From an uncultured Gammaproteobacteria bacterium (GTDB lineage Bacteria > Patescibacteriota > Patescibacteriia > UBA9934): a DNA stretch of 64,000 nucleotides. Below the pieces are notes generated by a model. That model was not told the origin of the DNA, did no database searches, and saw only the letters and a program-made list of their open reading frames with translations. The translations under genes were made by a program, and so were the position numbers. How positions within the stretch are numbered: the stretch's first letter is position 1; each line of letters opens with the position of its first letter. The stretch covers positions 386,897 to 450,896 of the forward strand of contig CAYVLY010000001.1 in NCBI GenBank assembly GCA_964452565.1, in the 5' to 3' direction. Of the stretch, positions 56,494 through 64,000 are shown in pieces.

Positions 56494-56583
56494 GGCAACC
56501 CCCTCTATCTCCCCCTTGGGAAGGGGGAGGACCTTGATCTAGATCCCCCCTCCTTCCCAAGGAGGGGCTGGGGGTGGTTGCCT
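56494..56583. repeat. dual-hairpin REP/RPE-like element copy D in the scpA-scpB spacer, abutting the scpA stop
   Basis: GGCAACC...CTCCCCCTTGGGAAGGGGGAG...GATCTAGATC...CCCCTCCTTCCCAAGGAGGGG...GGTGGTTGCC, an outer inverted repeat enclosing the two hairpins. Confidence 0.7.
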
Positions 56584-57330
56584 TTAAACCCTTTCTATCA
56601 TTATTTCTTCATCTTTTTGCTTAACCTTTACAATCTGTCGGCGCATCATTTCCAAAAGTGCCAAGAAGCTTACTACAACCTCTACCCTGCTCTTTGCACC
56701 TGCTACTACATCCTTGAAGCTCATCTTTGCACGTGTGCTAATGGCTCCCTTGAGTTCATCTAACCGCTCCTCGACTGATTTGACGCGTTCCATTGAAATC
56801 TCTCGCAAAGCAAAGAATGGCTCCATGCGCTTGAGTAACGATCGAAACGCATGATGTAGGTTGATTAACGTAATATTCTCAGCTGGGTAAAATGCGTCTT
56901 CTGTTTCAATGATCTTCTTTGTATACGGACGTAGGTAAGCCTTCTCAGGATTTTCAAACTTCTCCTCAAGTCTATCTGCCGCTTCTTTGAAAAGTCGATA
57001 CAAACGTAGCTGATCCTCAAGGTCCTCAATCTTTTCATCCTCATCATCGATCCGTAAGTATGGTAGGAGCTCGCGACTCTTAAGATAAATCAAACGCGAT
57101 GCTACAACTAGAAAGTCAGCCATCTCTTCTGGCAAGACTTGCTCACTTTCGAGCCGCTCGAGATACTCATCTGTAACTTCTGCAAGGTTAACATCTTTGA
57201 TCTCAAGCTCGTGTTTATCTAATAACTCCAAAAGAAGCCCTAAGGGGCCACTAAACGCCTCTTGCTTGATTTCCAACTGGATCATGCATGCATTATATCG
57301 CAGATTTACAGAATACAGAACCCAGAACAC
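56584..57330 (-). CDS. scpA: segregation and condensation protein A
   Basis: ScpA-like FSGPLGLLLELLDKHELEI...; likely start MIQLEIKQ at 57286. Confidence 0.85.
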   Translation of the reverse strand: MFWVLYSVNLRYNACMIQLEIKQEAFSGPLGLLLELLDKHELEIKDVNLAEVTDEYLERLESEQVLPEEMADFLVVASRLIYLKSRELLPYLRIDDEDEKIEDLEDQLRLYRLFKEAADRLEEKFENPEKAYLRPYTKKIIETEDAFYPAENITLINLHHAFRSLLKRMEPFFALREISMERVKSVEERLDELKGAISTRAKMSFKDVVAGAKSRVEVVVSFLALLEMMRRQIVKVKQKDEEIMIERV

Positions 57331-57423
57331 AGACTGCAGAATCCACGATCACCACGTGACAATACGGCACTTTTATGATGAAACAACTCCAGACGCCCCT
57401 TCGCCCGAACTTCAGGAGCTCTC

Positions 57424-57657
57424 ATGAATGCCAAACGTTTTCTGCTTGTAAGACTCTTGGCAGCACTAGTCACGTACTGCCTTCAAACCATAGCACTCAT
57501 ATACACGGCGTTAGCGCTTATCAAATTCGACCACCATATCATGAATGGCGAAGTGAATAACGCCGTCAAGATGCTCATCGGGGTCGGATTGATGCTATGC
57601 GGATTCTATGTTCTAAGCCTCGCCCGCAAGGCTATATCAAAGAAACCCAGACGGTAG
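57424..57657 (+). CDS. possible small two-TM membrane protein
   Basis: 77-aa ORF with two hydrophobic segments, followed by hairpin CCCAGGACC-TTG-GTCCTGGG plus T-run; weak support. Confidence 0.3.
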   Translation: MNAKRFLLVRLLAALVTYCLQTIALIYTALALIKFDHHIMNGEVNNAVKMLIGVGLMLCGFYVLSLARKAISKKPRR

Positions 57658-57816
57658 CAAAGATAATCTGTAGATGAGATTGTTCACACAGCAAGCTAGC
57701 GATCCGCACGACACCCCAGGACCTTGGTCCTGGGTGATTTGCCTTTTAGAAAACCAGCATATACAAGGCTTTCTACCCCAAGGTTCAACCTTGAAAGAAA
57801 AAGTTAATATTTAAAG

Positions 57817-57850
57817 GGCCGGGGTGTAAATCACCCCGGCCCTCTTTTCT
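57817..57850. terminator. bidirectional terminator downstream of aspS
   Basis: GGGCCGGGGTG-TAAA-TCACCCCGGCCC perfect 11-bp hairpin with T-runs on both sides. Confidence 0.7.
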
Positions 57851-57855
57851 GTGTT

Positions 57856-59253
57856 CTATTTCTCTATTGATATATTCGCATCCTTGAGTGCCTGCTCTGA
57901 AAGCTCAGATGGTGCGTCCATCATCAGATCCCGCGCACTTCCGTCTTTAGGGAACGCCATCACTTCACGGATATTTGGCTCGTTCTGCAGAATCGCAACA
58001 ATCCTATCCATTCCAAGTGCTATCCCACCATGTGGCGGTGCCCCGTACTTGAAAGCCTGCAGCATGTGCCCGAACTGATCACTGATTTGATCCTCATTGA
58101 ATCCGATAATCTCAAGTACAGCTTTAAGCAGCTCAGGCTTATGATTTCGAATACTTCCACCTCCAATCTCAAATCCATTCAAAGCCAGGTCGTACTGTGA
58201 TGCAATGATCTTTTCAATATCTTTCTTTTCGATAAGATCTTTTTCAAAATCAGGCTGCGCTGCAGAAAATGGATTATGGGTGAATGTCCAGCCTCCGTTA
58301 TCGTCCTTTTCGAAGAATGGAAAGTCAACGACCCAGCAAAACGCTAATAAATTCGAATCGTCTTTATCCTTTCTAAGATCTGGCCGATCAGTTCCATGCT
58401 TTTCCATTGCTTCTGCATAAGTCATCCGAGGGAATGGCTTTTCTTGAATCTTCTTTTCAGGATAATTCTCCTCTACTACTTTGATCATCATACTCTCGAT
58501 CATATCCATTACATCATCCTGATCTACAAAACTCATCTCAAAATCCATCTGAGTAAACTCAGGCTGACGATCACCACGTTGATCTTCATCACGGAAACAC
58601 TTTGCCATTTGGAAATATCGTTCAACTCCGGAAGTCATCAAAAGCTGCTTGAACTGTTGCGGAGCCTGAGGAAGAACATAAAACTTACCTGGATGAAGGC
58701 GCGCTGGAACAATATATTCACGCGCTCCTTCTGGGGTCCCTTTTGTAAGGATCGGAGTCTCAACTTCAATAAACCCCTCACCTCCAAGAAAACCACGCAT
58801 CGCCTGGAACACCTTATTGCGATTTCGGATATTCTCAGCCATGCGCTCCGATCGGAGATCAAGATATCGATACTTAAGTCGAACGTCCTCACCCACTCCT
58901 GAAGTATCTTTATCCAATTCAAATGGCGGGGTCTTTGCCTCATTTAAAACAGTGATCTTCTTTGCCAAAAGCTCAACTGTACCGGTTGTGATCTTATCGT
59001 TGACTTGCTTATCACCACGCTTTTGAACAACACCCTCAATCTCTACAACCCACTCAGGTCGAAGGGTCTCAGCAATCTTTGTTCCATCCTCGCCAAGATC
59101 CGCAGGCACTCCAACGATCTGCAAAAGACCATCTTTATCACGGAGATCAAAAAACATTATCTTACCCATATCACGCCGTGCATGAATCCATCCGGCGACT
59201 TTGACGGTTTCATCTGCCTTATCGACCGTCTGCGAAGTGAAAATTCTTTTCAT
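57856..59253 (-). CDS. aspS: aspartyl-tRNA synthetase, short archaeal/non-discriminating type
   Basis: 465 aa; OB-fold N-terminus VKVAGWIHARRDMGKIMFFDLRD; class II motifs. Confidence 0.9.
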   Translation of the reverse strand: MKRIFTSQTVDKADETVKVAGWIHARRDMGKIMFFDLRDKDGLLQIVGVPADLGEDGTKIAETLRPEWVVEIEGVVQKRGDKQVNDKITTGTVELLAKKITVLNEAKTPPFELDKDTSGVGEDVRLKYRYLDLRSERMAENIRNRNKVFQAMRGFLGGEGFIEVETPILTKGTPEGAREYIVPARLHPGKFYVLPQAPQQFKQLLMTSGVERYFQMAKCFRDEDQRGDRQPEFTQMDFEMSFVDQDDVMDMIESMMIKVVEENYPEKKIQEKPFPRMTYAEAMEKHGTDRPDLRKDKDDSNLLAFCWVVDFPFFEKDDNGGWTFTHNPFSAAQPDFEKDLIEKKDIEKIIASQYDLALNGFEIGGGSIRNHKPELLKAVLEIIGFNEDQISDQFGHMLQAFKYGAPPHGGIALGMDRIVAILQNEPNIREVMAFPKDGSARDLMMDAPSELSEQALKDANISIEK

Positions 59254-59336
59254 ATGAATGTTTAAAATGTTGAAGTGTCTAAGTTGTTTACGGGATCCAG
59301 TTTACCTTTTTGGGACGATTTGCTCAAGATTACTAT

Positions 59337-59440
59337 TTGTCATTCCCGCGAAGGCGGGAATCCATCAGTTATCGAATTCGATAAACGACCTGCCTGCCGG
59401 CAGGCAGGTGGATCCCGGCTCTACGGCCGGGATGACAATC
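59337..59440. mobile_element. MITE-like element X1: two inverted copies of hairpin motif GGATyCCCGC-loop-GCGGGrATGACAA flanking internal palindromes
   Basis: TTGTCATTCCCGCGAAGGCGGGAATCCATC, then GTTATCGAATTCGATAAAC, then CCTGCCTGCCGGCAGGCAGG, then GGATCCCGGCTCTACGGCCGGGATGACAATC. Ends at the recO stop. Confidence 0.5.
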
Positions 59441-60216
59441 TAAGCAGCAAGCCCCTGCCAAAACGGCACGGTTTGATCAACTGGAAGATGATATTGCATT
59501 AAATCGTGTACGATTCGCGAAAAATCTTCAATATGATCTCTTTCGAAATTAGTCTGCATAATATCCTCATACCTTGCCTCTCGAGCAAAACGAAGGATCT
59601 TAACCGCCTCTTCTGCGATCGTACGTGCTGCAAACCACTCTTCTCCGTCTTTCTGAACACAGTCACTGCAAACTAGCCCACCTTTACCACCATGCCACCT
59701 AAAAGCTAGTGGCATTATCTTGTCTTTACAAACCACACAATCGCCCAAAGCTACCTCATAACCAAGCTGTTGCATTAATCGAAGTAAGAGCGATCCTAAC
59801 AAAAGCACCTGCTGCTTCTTTTCGATACGTTCTTGCTGATCAACAAAGTGCACCCAATCCAGAATCAAATGATACAAGATCTCATCCTCGTCGTACTCGC
59901 GTAAATGTTTGTCGATCAGCGCTAGCGATGATTGAGTGAGAATCCTTCGATCAAGGTCATCCATCAATGATCGGAACGCATGCTGCCGCTCAACTGAGAT
60001 AACTGTTACCGAACGACGGCCTTTGATTATTTCAAGATCCACAATCGCATAAGGCTCAAGGTGCGCAGCCAACTTTGCCTTACCCTTGCGCGCTCCGCGT
60101 CCAGTAAAAACCACCTTTCCAAAATCGCGTGTCAAAGCAGAATAACGACGATCCGCTTCCCGAAATGGAGCGGACGTCAATACAATAGCTTCAGTTTTTA
60201 GAGCCGACCAAGCCAT
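59440..60216 (-). CDS. recO: DNA repair protein RecO
   Basis: OB-fold N-terminus and C-terminal zinc finger CVVCKDK...CSDC. Confidence 0.8.
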   Translation of the reverse strand: MAWSALKTEAIVLTSAPFREADRRYSALTRDFGKVVFTGRGARKGKAKLAAHLEPYAIVDLEIIKGRRSVTVISVERQHAFRSLMDDLDRRILTQSSLALIDKHLREYDEDEILYHLILDWVHFVDQQERIEKKQQVLLLGSLLLRLMQQLGYEVALGDCVVCKDKIMPLAFRWHGGKGGLVCSDCVQKDGEEWFAARTIAEEAVKILRFAREARYEDIMQTNFERDHIEDFSRIVHDLMQYHLPVDQTVPFWQGLAA

Positions 60217-60220
60217 GACT

Positions 60221-60613
60221 CTACTCTAGCGCATCGAGGAAAGATTGCAAGATAAGCATTGCCGCAAGCGAATCCTCAGGCGCCTTGGTTCCCTCTTCCC
60301 TTTGCAAACGCTGGCTCTCAGCTGTAGTAAAGCTCTCGTCGATTTCATGAACTTCGATTCCCACATGCGATCGTAACTTTTGGATGAATACCTGAGTAAC
60401 CTTCAACTGCTCGCCATCATGGAACTTACCAACTGCTAGTGGAACTCCAACAACAATCTGTTCAACTCCTTCGCTCTTCACCAGCTCTGCAAGTGAATCA
60501 AAAATCTGCTCGTTATTTTCAACAGTCTCAATCGGACTTGCCATCTTTGTTTCACTGTCACCTAAAGCAAGTCCCATCTTTTTAAGTCCAAAGTCAATTC
60601 CTAAATATCGCAT
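60221..60613 (-). CDS. ruvX: Holliday junction resolvase-like RuvX/YqgF
   Basis: MRYLGIDFGLKKMGLALGD (RNase H-like). The track ORF extends to 60676, but the conserved start is the internal Met at 60613. Confidence 0.8.
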   Translation of the reverse strand: MRYLGIDFGLKKMGLALGDSETKMASPIETVENNEQIFDSLAELVKSEGVEQIVVGVPLAVGKFHDGEQLKVTQVFIQKLRSHVGIEVHEIDESFTTAESQRLQREEGTKAPEDSLAAMLILQSFLDALE

Positions 60614-60614
60614 A

Positions 60615-61064
60615 CTATTCATTTTCAGTTTCAATATAATATCCAGCCTCAAAACTTGGCCGCACAACCTCGCCATTTACCATTGCTGCCATGTCATCGT
60701 CCATGTTAAATACCTCGTCACCATCATCAACATGCAAGATAGCGATGTAGGTGTCTCCTGGGATCATTGTACTGGTTAGATCAATAGTGTAATCGTACGA
60801 TCCGTCGTAGAAGTACTCTGAGATTCCTATGGTTTCGCCTGGGGCAATGTCCATAGACTCATGGATGGTCACAAAACCTGGTTCGCTATTCTCAACATAC
60901 AAATAGACTTGATTGAGATCATACTGATCATCAACTTCGATTAAACCTATATCAACTTCGACTGGACCAAAGTCAGGAGAAGCATCAGGAGCAATCATGA
61001 AAAATAGGCCAATGATAGCTAATATTATTATTACGGCACCAAGGCCTAAAAAGTCTTTTTTCAT
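60615..61064 (-). CDS. signal-anchored hypothetical protein
   Basis: N-terminal TM LGLGAVIIILAIIGLFFMIA; acidic ectodomain. Confidence 0.45.
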   Translation of the reverse strand: MKKDFLGLGAVIIILAIIGLFFMIAPDASPDFGPVEVDIGLIEVDDQYDLNQVYLYVENSEPGFVTIHESMDIAPGETIGISEYFYDGSYDYTIDLTSTMIPGDTYIAILHVDDGDEVFNMDDDMAAMVNGEVVRPSFEAGYYIETENE

Positions 61065-61068
61065 AGTT

Positions 61069-61147
61069 CGCCTCTCCCCCTTCCCAAGGGGGAGGGTCTA
61101 GATCTAGTCTCCCCTCCTTACGAAGGAGGGGTTGGGGGAGGTTTCTC
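61069..61147. repeat. dual-hairpin REP/RPE-like element copy E (between map and the downstream gene)
   Basis: CTCCCCCTTCCCAAGGGGGAG, then GGTCTAGATCTAGTCT, then CCCCTCCTTACGAAGGAGGGG. Confidence 0.7.
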
Positions 61148-61151
61148 ATTA

Positions 61152-61934
61152 TTAAATCTTAATCTCAGGCTGAGGGGTTAGGATCTCTGGTCCCTCATCA
61201 GTTATCGCAACGGTGACTTCGAAATGCCCAGCATCAGATGTGTCCTGAGTTCGAATCGACCAACCATCACCATCAGTTTTTATATCATGTCCTCCAGTAG
61301 TGATCATCGGCTCAAGCGCCAAGCACATTCCCTTCTTTATCTTGACGATTGGAAAATCTCCACTGGTGAAATTCGGAATCTGGGGCTTCTCGTGTACGGC
61401 ATGGCCTACTCCATGTCCAGTCAATGCTCTAACAATTCCATAGCTGGTTCCCTCAATAACTTCCTCAACAGCCTTTGCAATATCTTGAATCATTCCATCT
61501 TTTTGACAAGCCTTGATGGCACGATCGAGTGCAAGCCGTGTGGTCCTCAAAAGCTGTTTCCTATCCTCACTTATCGAACCAACCGGAACAGTCACAGCCA
61601 TGTCTGTACAAAGTTCTTTGTACCAGCATCCAATGTCGAGCCCTACAATGTCACCTTCCTTGAGTTCAATGTCGCGATCTCCGCAGCCATGAACAATCTC
61701 GTCATTTGCAGAAATACAAAGCGTTGACGGAAACTCAACTCCATCCCCACTTTTATAGCCTTTGAAAGACGGCTTGGCTCCCTCATCAAGAAGAGCCTGC
61801 TCTGCGATCTTATCGATTTCAGACATCAAAACACCAGGCTTAACCGCATCAACAGCCTTTTGCAAAGCACGCGAGAGGATCGCCCCTCCCTCACGCATGA
61901 TCTCAATTTCTTCTGGTGTCTTAATAAGTGCCAT
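61152..61934 (-). CDS. map: methionine aminopeptidase type I
   Basis: Pita-bread fold with metal ligands; 260 aa. Confidence 0.9.
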   Translation of the reverse strand: MALIKTPEEIEIMREGGAILSRALQKAVDAVKPGVLMSEIDKIAEQALLDEGAKPSFKGYKSGDGVEFPSTLCISANDEIVHGCGDRDIELKEGDIVGLDIGCWYKELCTDMAVTVPVGSISEDRKQLLRTTRLALDRAIKACQKDGMIQDIAKAVEEVIEGTSYGIVRALTGHGVGHAVHEKPQIPNFTSGDFPIVKIKKGMCLALEPMITTGGHDIKTDGDGWSIRTQDTSDAGHFEVTVAITDEGPEILTPQPEIKI

Positions 61935-61946
61935 AAGCTCTTTCTT

Positions 61947-62167
61947 GGGCCACCACGAGCACGTTCAGGTTTATCCTCGGGCAGGAGAACGGAATTGCAT
62001 TTTGATGTCCAATTTCTCCATAGATACAAATTGGATCTCCAAAATGCCCGTTCGTATGCCTGAGGTATACCTGGACGAGCGCAGTATGGCCACGCCCTTT
62101 CTTTTCCATATTTCTTTGGGCGAGCAAAGAAATATGGCCTGGGGGCTACGGGGGACGGAGTGCCCCC
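61947..62167 (+). ncRNA. copy 3 of the about 240-nt structured repeat family (more diverged, with compensatory substitutions)
   Basis: Hairpin CCATATTTCTTTG-N6-CAAAGAAATATGG compares with CCCCATTTCTTTG...CAAAGAAATGGGG in copies 1 and 2; both stem sides changed. TCCAATTT...AAATTGGA; 3' hairpin GGGGGACGGAGTGCCCCC. Confidence 0.5.
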
Positions 62168-62177
62168 GCTTGATTAA

Positions 62178-62732
62178 TTAAATCCTCAAAGCCTCTTCAA
62201 TCCGCTTTTCAACTTCTTCAATCTCACCAACTCCATCAACATCCTTAACTACCCCCATCTTACGATACTCCTCAATAATTGGCTCTGTATCATTGTGATA
62301 AATAGCCAAACGCTTCTTGATCAGCTCCTCAGTGTCATCTGCCCTTCCTTCGATCTCTGCGCGTTTTAAAAGACGCTTGAGTGTCTCTTCCTCAGGAACC
62401 GTAACCACCACAAGCGCAGTTGGTACATCAAAGTTATTAAAAGTATGGAACTGAGCCATGTTACGTGGGTACCCGTCGATGATATATCCCTCCTCAGCAT
62501 CAGGCTTTTGGAGTCGCACCTTAAGAACATCGAGCGCCACATCGTCAGAAACAAGCACACCACTGTCGATGAGCTCTTTTATCTTTTTCCCAAGCTCACT
62601 TCCTGACGCTGCCTCATCACGCAAAAGCTGACCCATCGATAATGCTGGGATGTTTAACTTCTTTGATAGAATGTTCGCTTGCGTCCCCTTACCACTCCCC
62701 TGCGGACCAAGAACTAATATTTTGTGTTTCAT
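62178..62732 (-). CDS. adk: adenylate kinase (short, lid-less form)
   Basis: P-loop GPQGSGKGTQ; 184 aa. Confidence 0.9.
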   Translation of the reverse strand: MKHKILVLGPQGSGKGTQANILSKKLNIPALSMGQLLRDEAASGSELGKKIKELIDSGVLVSDDVALDVLKVRLQKPDAEEGYIIDGYPRNMAQFHTFNNFDVPTALVVVTVPEEETLKRLLKRAEIEGRADDTEELIKKRLAIYHNDTEPIIEEYRKMGVVKDVDGVGEIEEVEKRIEEALRI

Positions 62733-62791
62733 AATATGTTGAAATTGTTTAATCGCTCGGCTCTACCTCGCTTGTCCAAAATGTTAATCTA

Positions 62792-62879
62792 CTTGTCACC
62801 CCCGACTCCGATCGGGGGTCCATCGTTTATCGAACTCGATAGTTGATGGATCCCGGCTCTACGGCCGGGATGGCACATC
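62792..62879. mobile_element. MITE-like element X2 (second member of family X)
   Basis: TTGTCACCCCCGACTCCGATCGGGGGTCCATC, then GTTTATCGAACTCGATAG, then GGATCCCGGCTCTACGGCCGGGATGGCACATC. The left hairpin sequence differs from X1 but keeps its position and pairing; the right hairpin is identical to X1. Confidence 0.5.
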
Positions 62880-62884
62880 TTTCC

Positions 62885-63112
62885 CTACTCCTCAAATATC
62901 TTCTCCAAAGCCCTTTTAACATCACCGCCAGAGATCAGATTAGCGTCCTGAAGGTGCCTGAGAAGCTCTTTAACGCGATCTTCACTCAAAGACCCATATT
63001 TCCTCATGTATATCTGCAACGCAAGCTCTAAAAGGTTCTTTTCCCTCGAATCCAACCCCATATTCCGACTAAGCTTGTGTATCTTACTATCAGTTAATTT
63101 GATCTCTGTCAT
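62885..63112 (-). CDS. small hypothetical protein
   Basis: 75-aa helical ORF; weak support. Confidence 0.35.
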   Translation of the reverse strand: MTEIKLTDSKIHKLSRNMGLDSREKNLLELALQIYMRKYGSLSEDRVKELLRHLQDANLISGGDVKRALEKIFEE

Positions 63113-63207
63113 ATTCGATTTTACCTCCCCATTTTAGCGTGTTTGTAGGCTATCTGCAATAATTAAAGCAGGGCTCTTAGACCCCGCTATTATAGGCCTA
63201 TCTGATA

Positions 63208-63969
63208 TTATTCCTGGAATATTTCCTCGACCTCTCCCGATGAAATATGCGGGATAACACGAGCTTTCTCGTAAACCTCCCCCATTACATGCGCACCTCT
63301 TACTGTGGCGGACCCTTCCTTCCTTTCAATAATTACATTCTGATTATTTACACCTAATTCTAACGGAATAGAACCTGGACCAAAGTCAACAACCGGTATT
63401 TCCGTGCCCACAACCTCGTCATCACTAATCAACTGTAATATATGCTCACGATCGGATTCAGACACAAAAACCATACAAGACGTGGGCTGTATCAATCTAT
63501 ATAACCTTTTATATGCAGTGTCTAATTTCCCATTATCCGGATGTTCCTCAGTAATCTCATTGGCAGGATCAATAAGGCTATCGCTAACCCCAAGCTTATG
63601 ACGCATAGCTCCACCGTCAGGAAGTTCAAAATAATATGACCCGCTGCTAACTTTAAAAATTCTAGAAAACTCAGATGCAATCTCTGGATCTTCTATGGCA
63701 TCTCTAATTAATTGCTCTTGTAACATTCTTTCGTGCGAATAAAATCTCCGTAATTGCTCCTGACGCCATTCTGGGTCACTATCATCCCAATCTATAGCAT
63801 CGTACCGCGCCTTCATCTTTTCATAATACTCAGTATAAATTTTTTCATCAAACAATTCACGAATACGCAATAACCTACGCTCTCTCTGTCGCAGGTATTC
63901 ATGTTCCTCTCCCAGCTGCATCCCCTCCTCCCTTCTTGGTAGCACACCTCTTGATACTGTCATAGACAT
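63208..63969 (-). CDS. hypothetical protein
   Basis: 253-aa ORF; no recognised motif. Confidence 0.45.
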   Translation of the reverse strand: MSMTVSRGVLPRREEGMQLGEEHEYLRQRERRLLRIRELFDEKIYTEYYEKMKARYDAIDWDDSDPEWRQEQLRRFYSHERMLQEQLIRDAIEDPEIASEFSRIFKVSSGSYYFELPDGGAMRHKLGVSDSLIDPANEITEEHPDNGKLDTAYKRLYRLIQPTSCMVFVSESDREHILQLISDDEVVGTEIPVVDFGPGSIPLELGVNNQNVIIERKEGSATVRGAHVMGEVYEKARVIPHISSGEVEEIFQE

Positions 63970-64000
63970 AAATTATAACAAAATAGTAAAGCCGGTCAAT

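Overview
The window is a 64 kb chromosomal segment of about 42-45% GC with compact housekeeping operons. Its gene content is consistent with a Patescibacteria/CPR-like (possibly Saccharibacteria-like) genome, but that is inference from gene content only: giant surface proteins with a TrbC/VirB2-like pilin N-terminal anchor, a short archaeal-type AspRS, a short Rel and a lid-less Adk. The standard genetic code applies, because conserved genes are intact under it.

Recognisable genes include pyk (partial), nrdR, a NUDIX hydrolase, ftsZ, ftsA, dgkA, ybeY, yqeY, rpsU, hisS, lepB, an LCP-family protein, der, pth, dprA, folC, topA, rel, parB/parA, three tRNAs, a PEP-utilising enzyme, a DD-carboxypeptidase, scpB/scpA, aspS, recO, ruvX, map and adk.

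The accessory content is more unusual. (1) A surface-proteome locus at 6.1-25.8 kb holds three tandem small membrane proteins with bacterial TSP3/EF-hand-like Ca-binding repeats. Next to them are a 3324-aa giant adhesin-like protein, a 605-aa Ig-like protein and a 1402-aa beta-helix repeat protein. The first two share a signal peptide plus a two-TM pilin-like N-terminal module. The beta-helix protein is separated from an in-frame 264-codon extension by a single TGA. (2) Three ~60% GC ORFs sit in the low-GC background, each with its own near-consensus sigma70 promoter and a shared GC-hairpin terminator module, which suggests recently acquired cassettes. Two of them lie just upstream of dprA. 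(3) An about 240-nt structured element occurs in three near-full copies plus one fragment. It shows compensatory base changes in its hairpins and looks like a candidate novel sRNA family or MITE. (4) Two families of short palindromic REP/MITE-like elements are present. One copy lies in frame inside the PEP-utilising enzyme gene, in the manner of Rickettsia palindromic elements. (5) A conserved GTGAT/ATCAC repeat module precedes the TSP3-family genes and der.

No CRISPR array, rRNA gene or recognisable transposase gene was seen. All calls come from reading the sequence and the supplied ORF track; no database search was possible.
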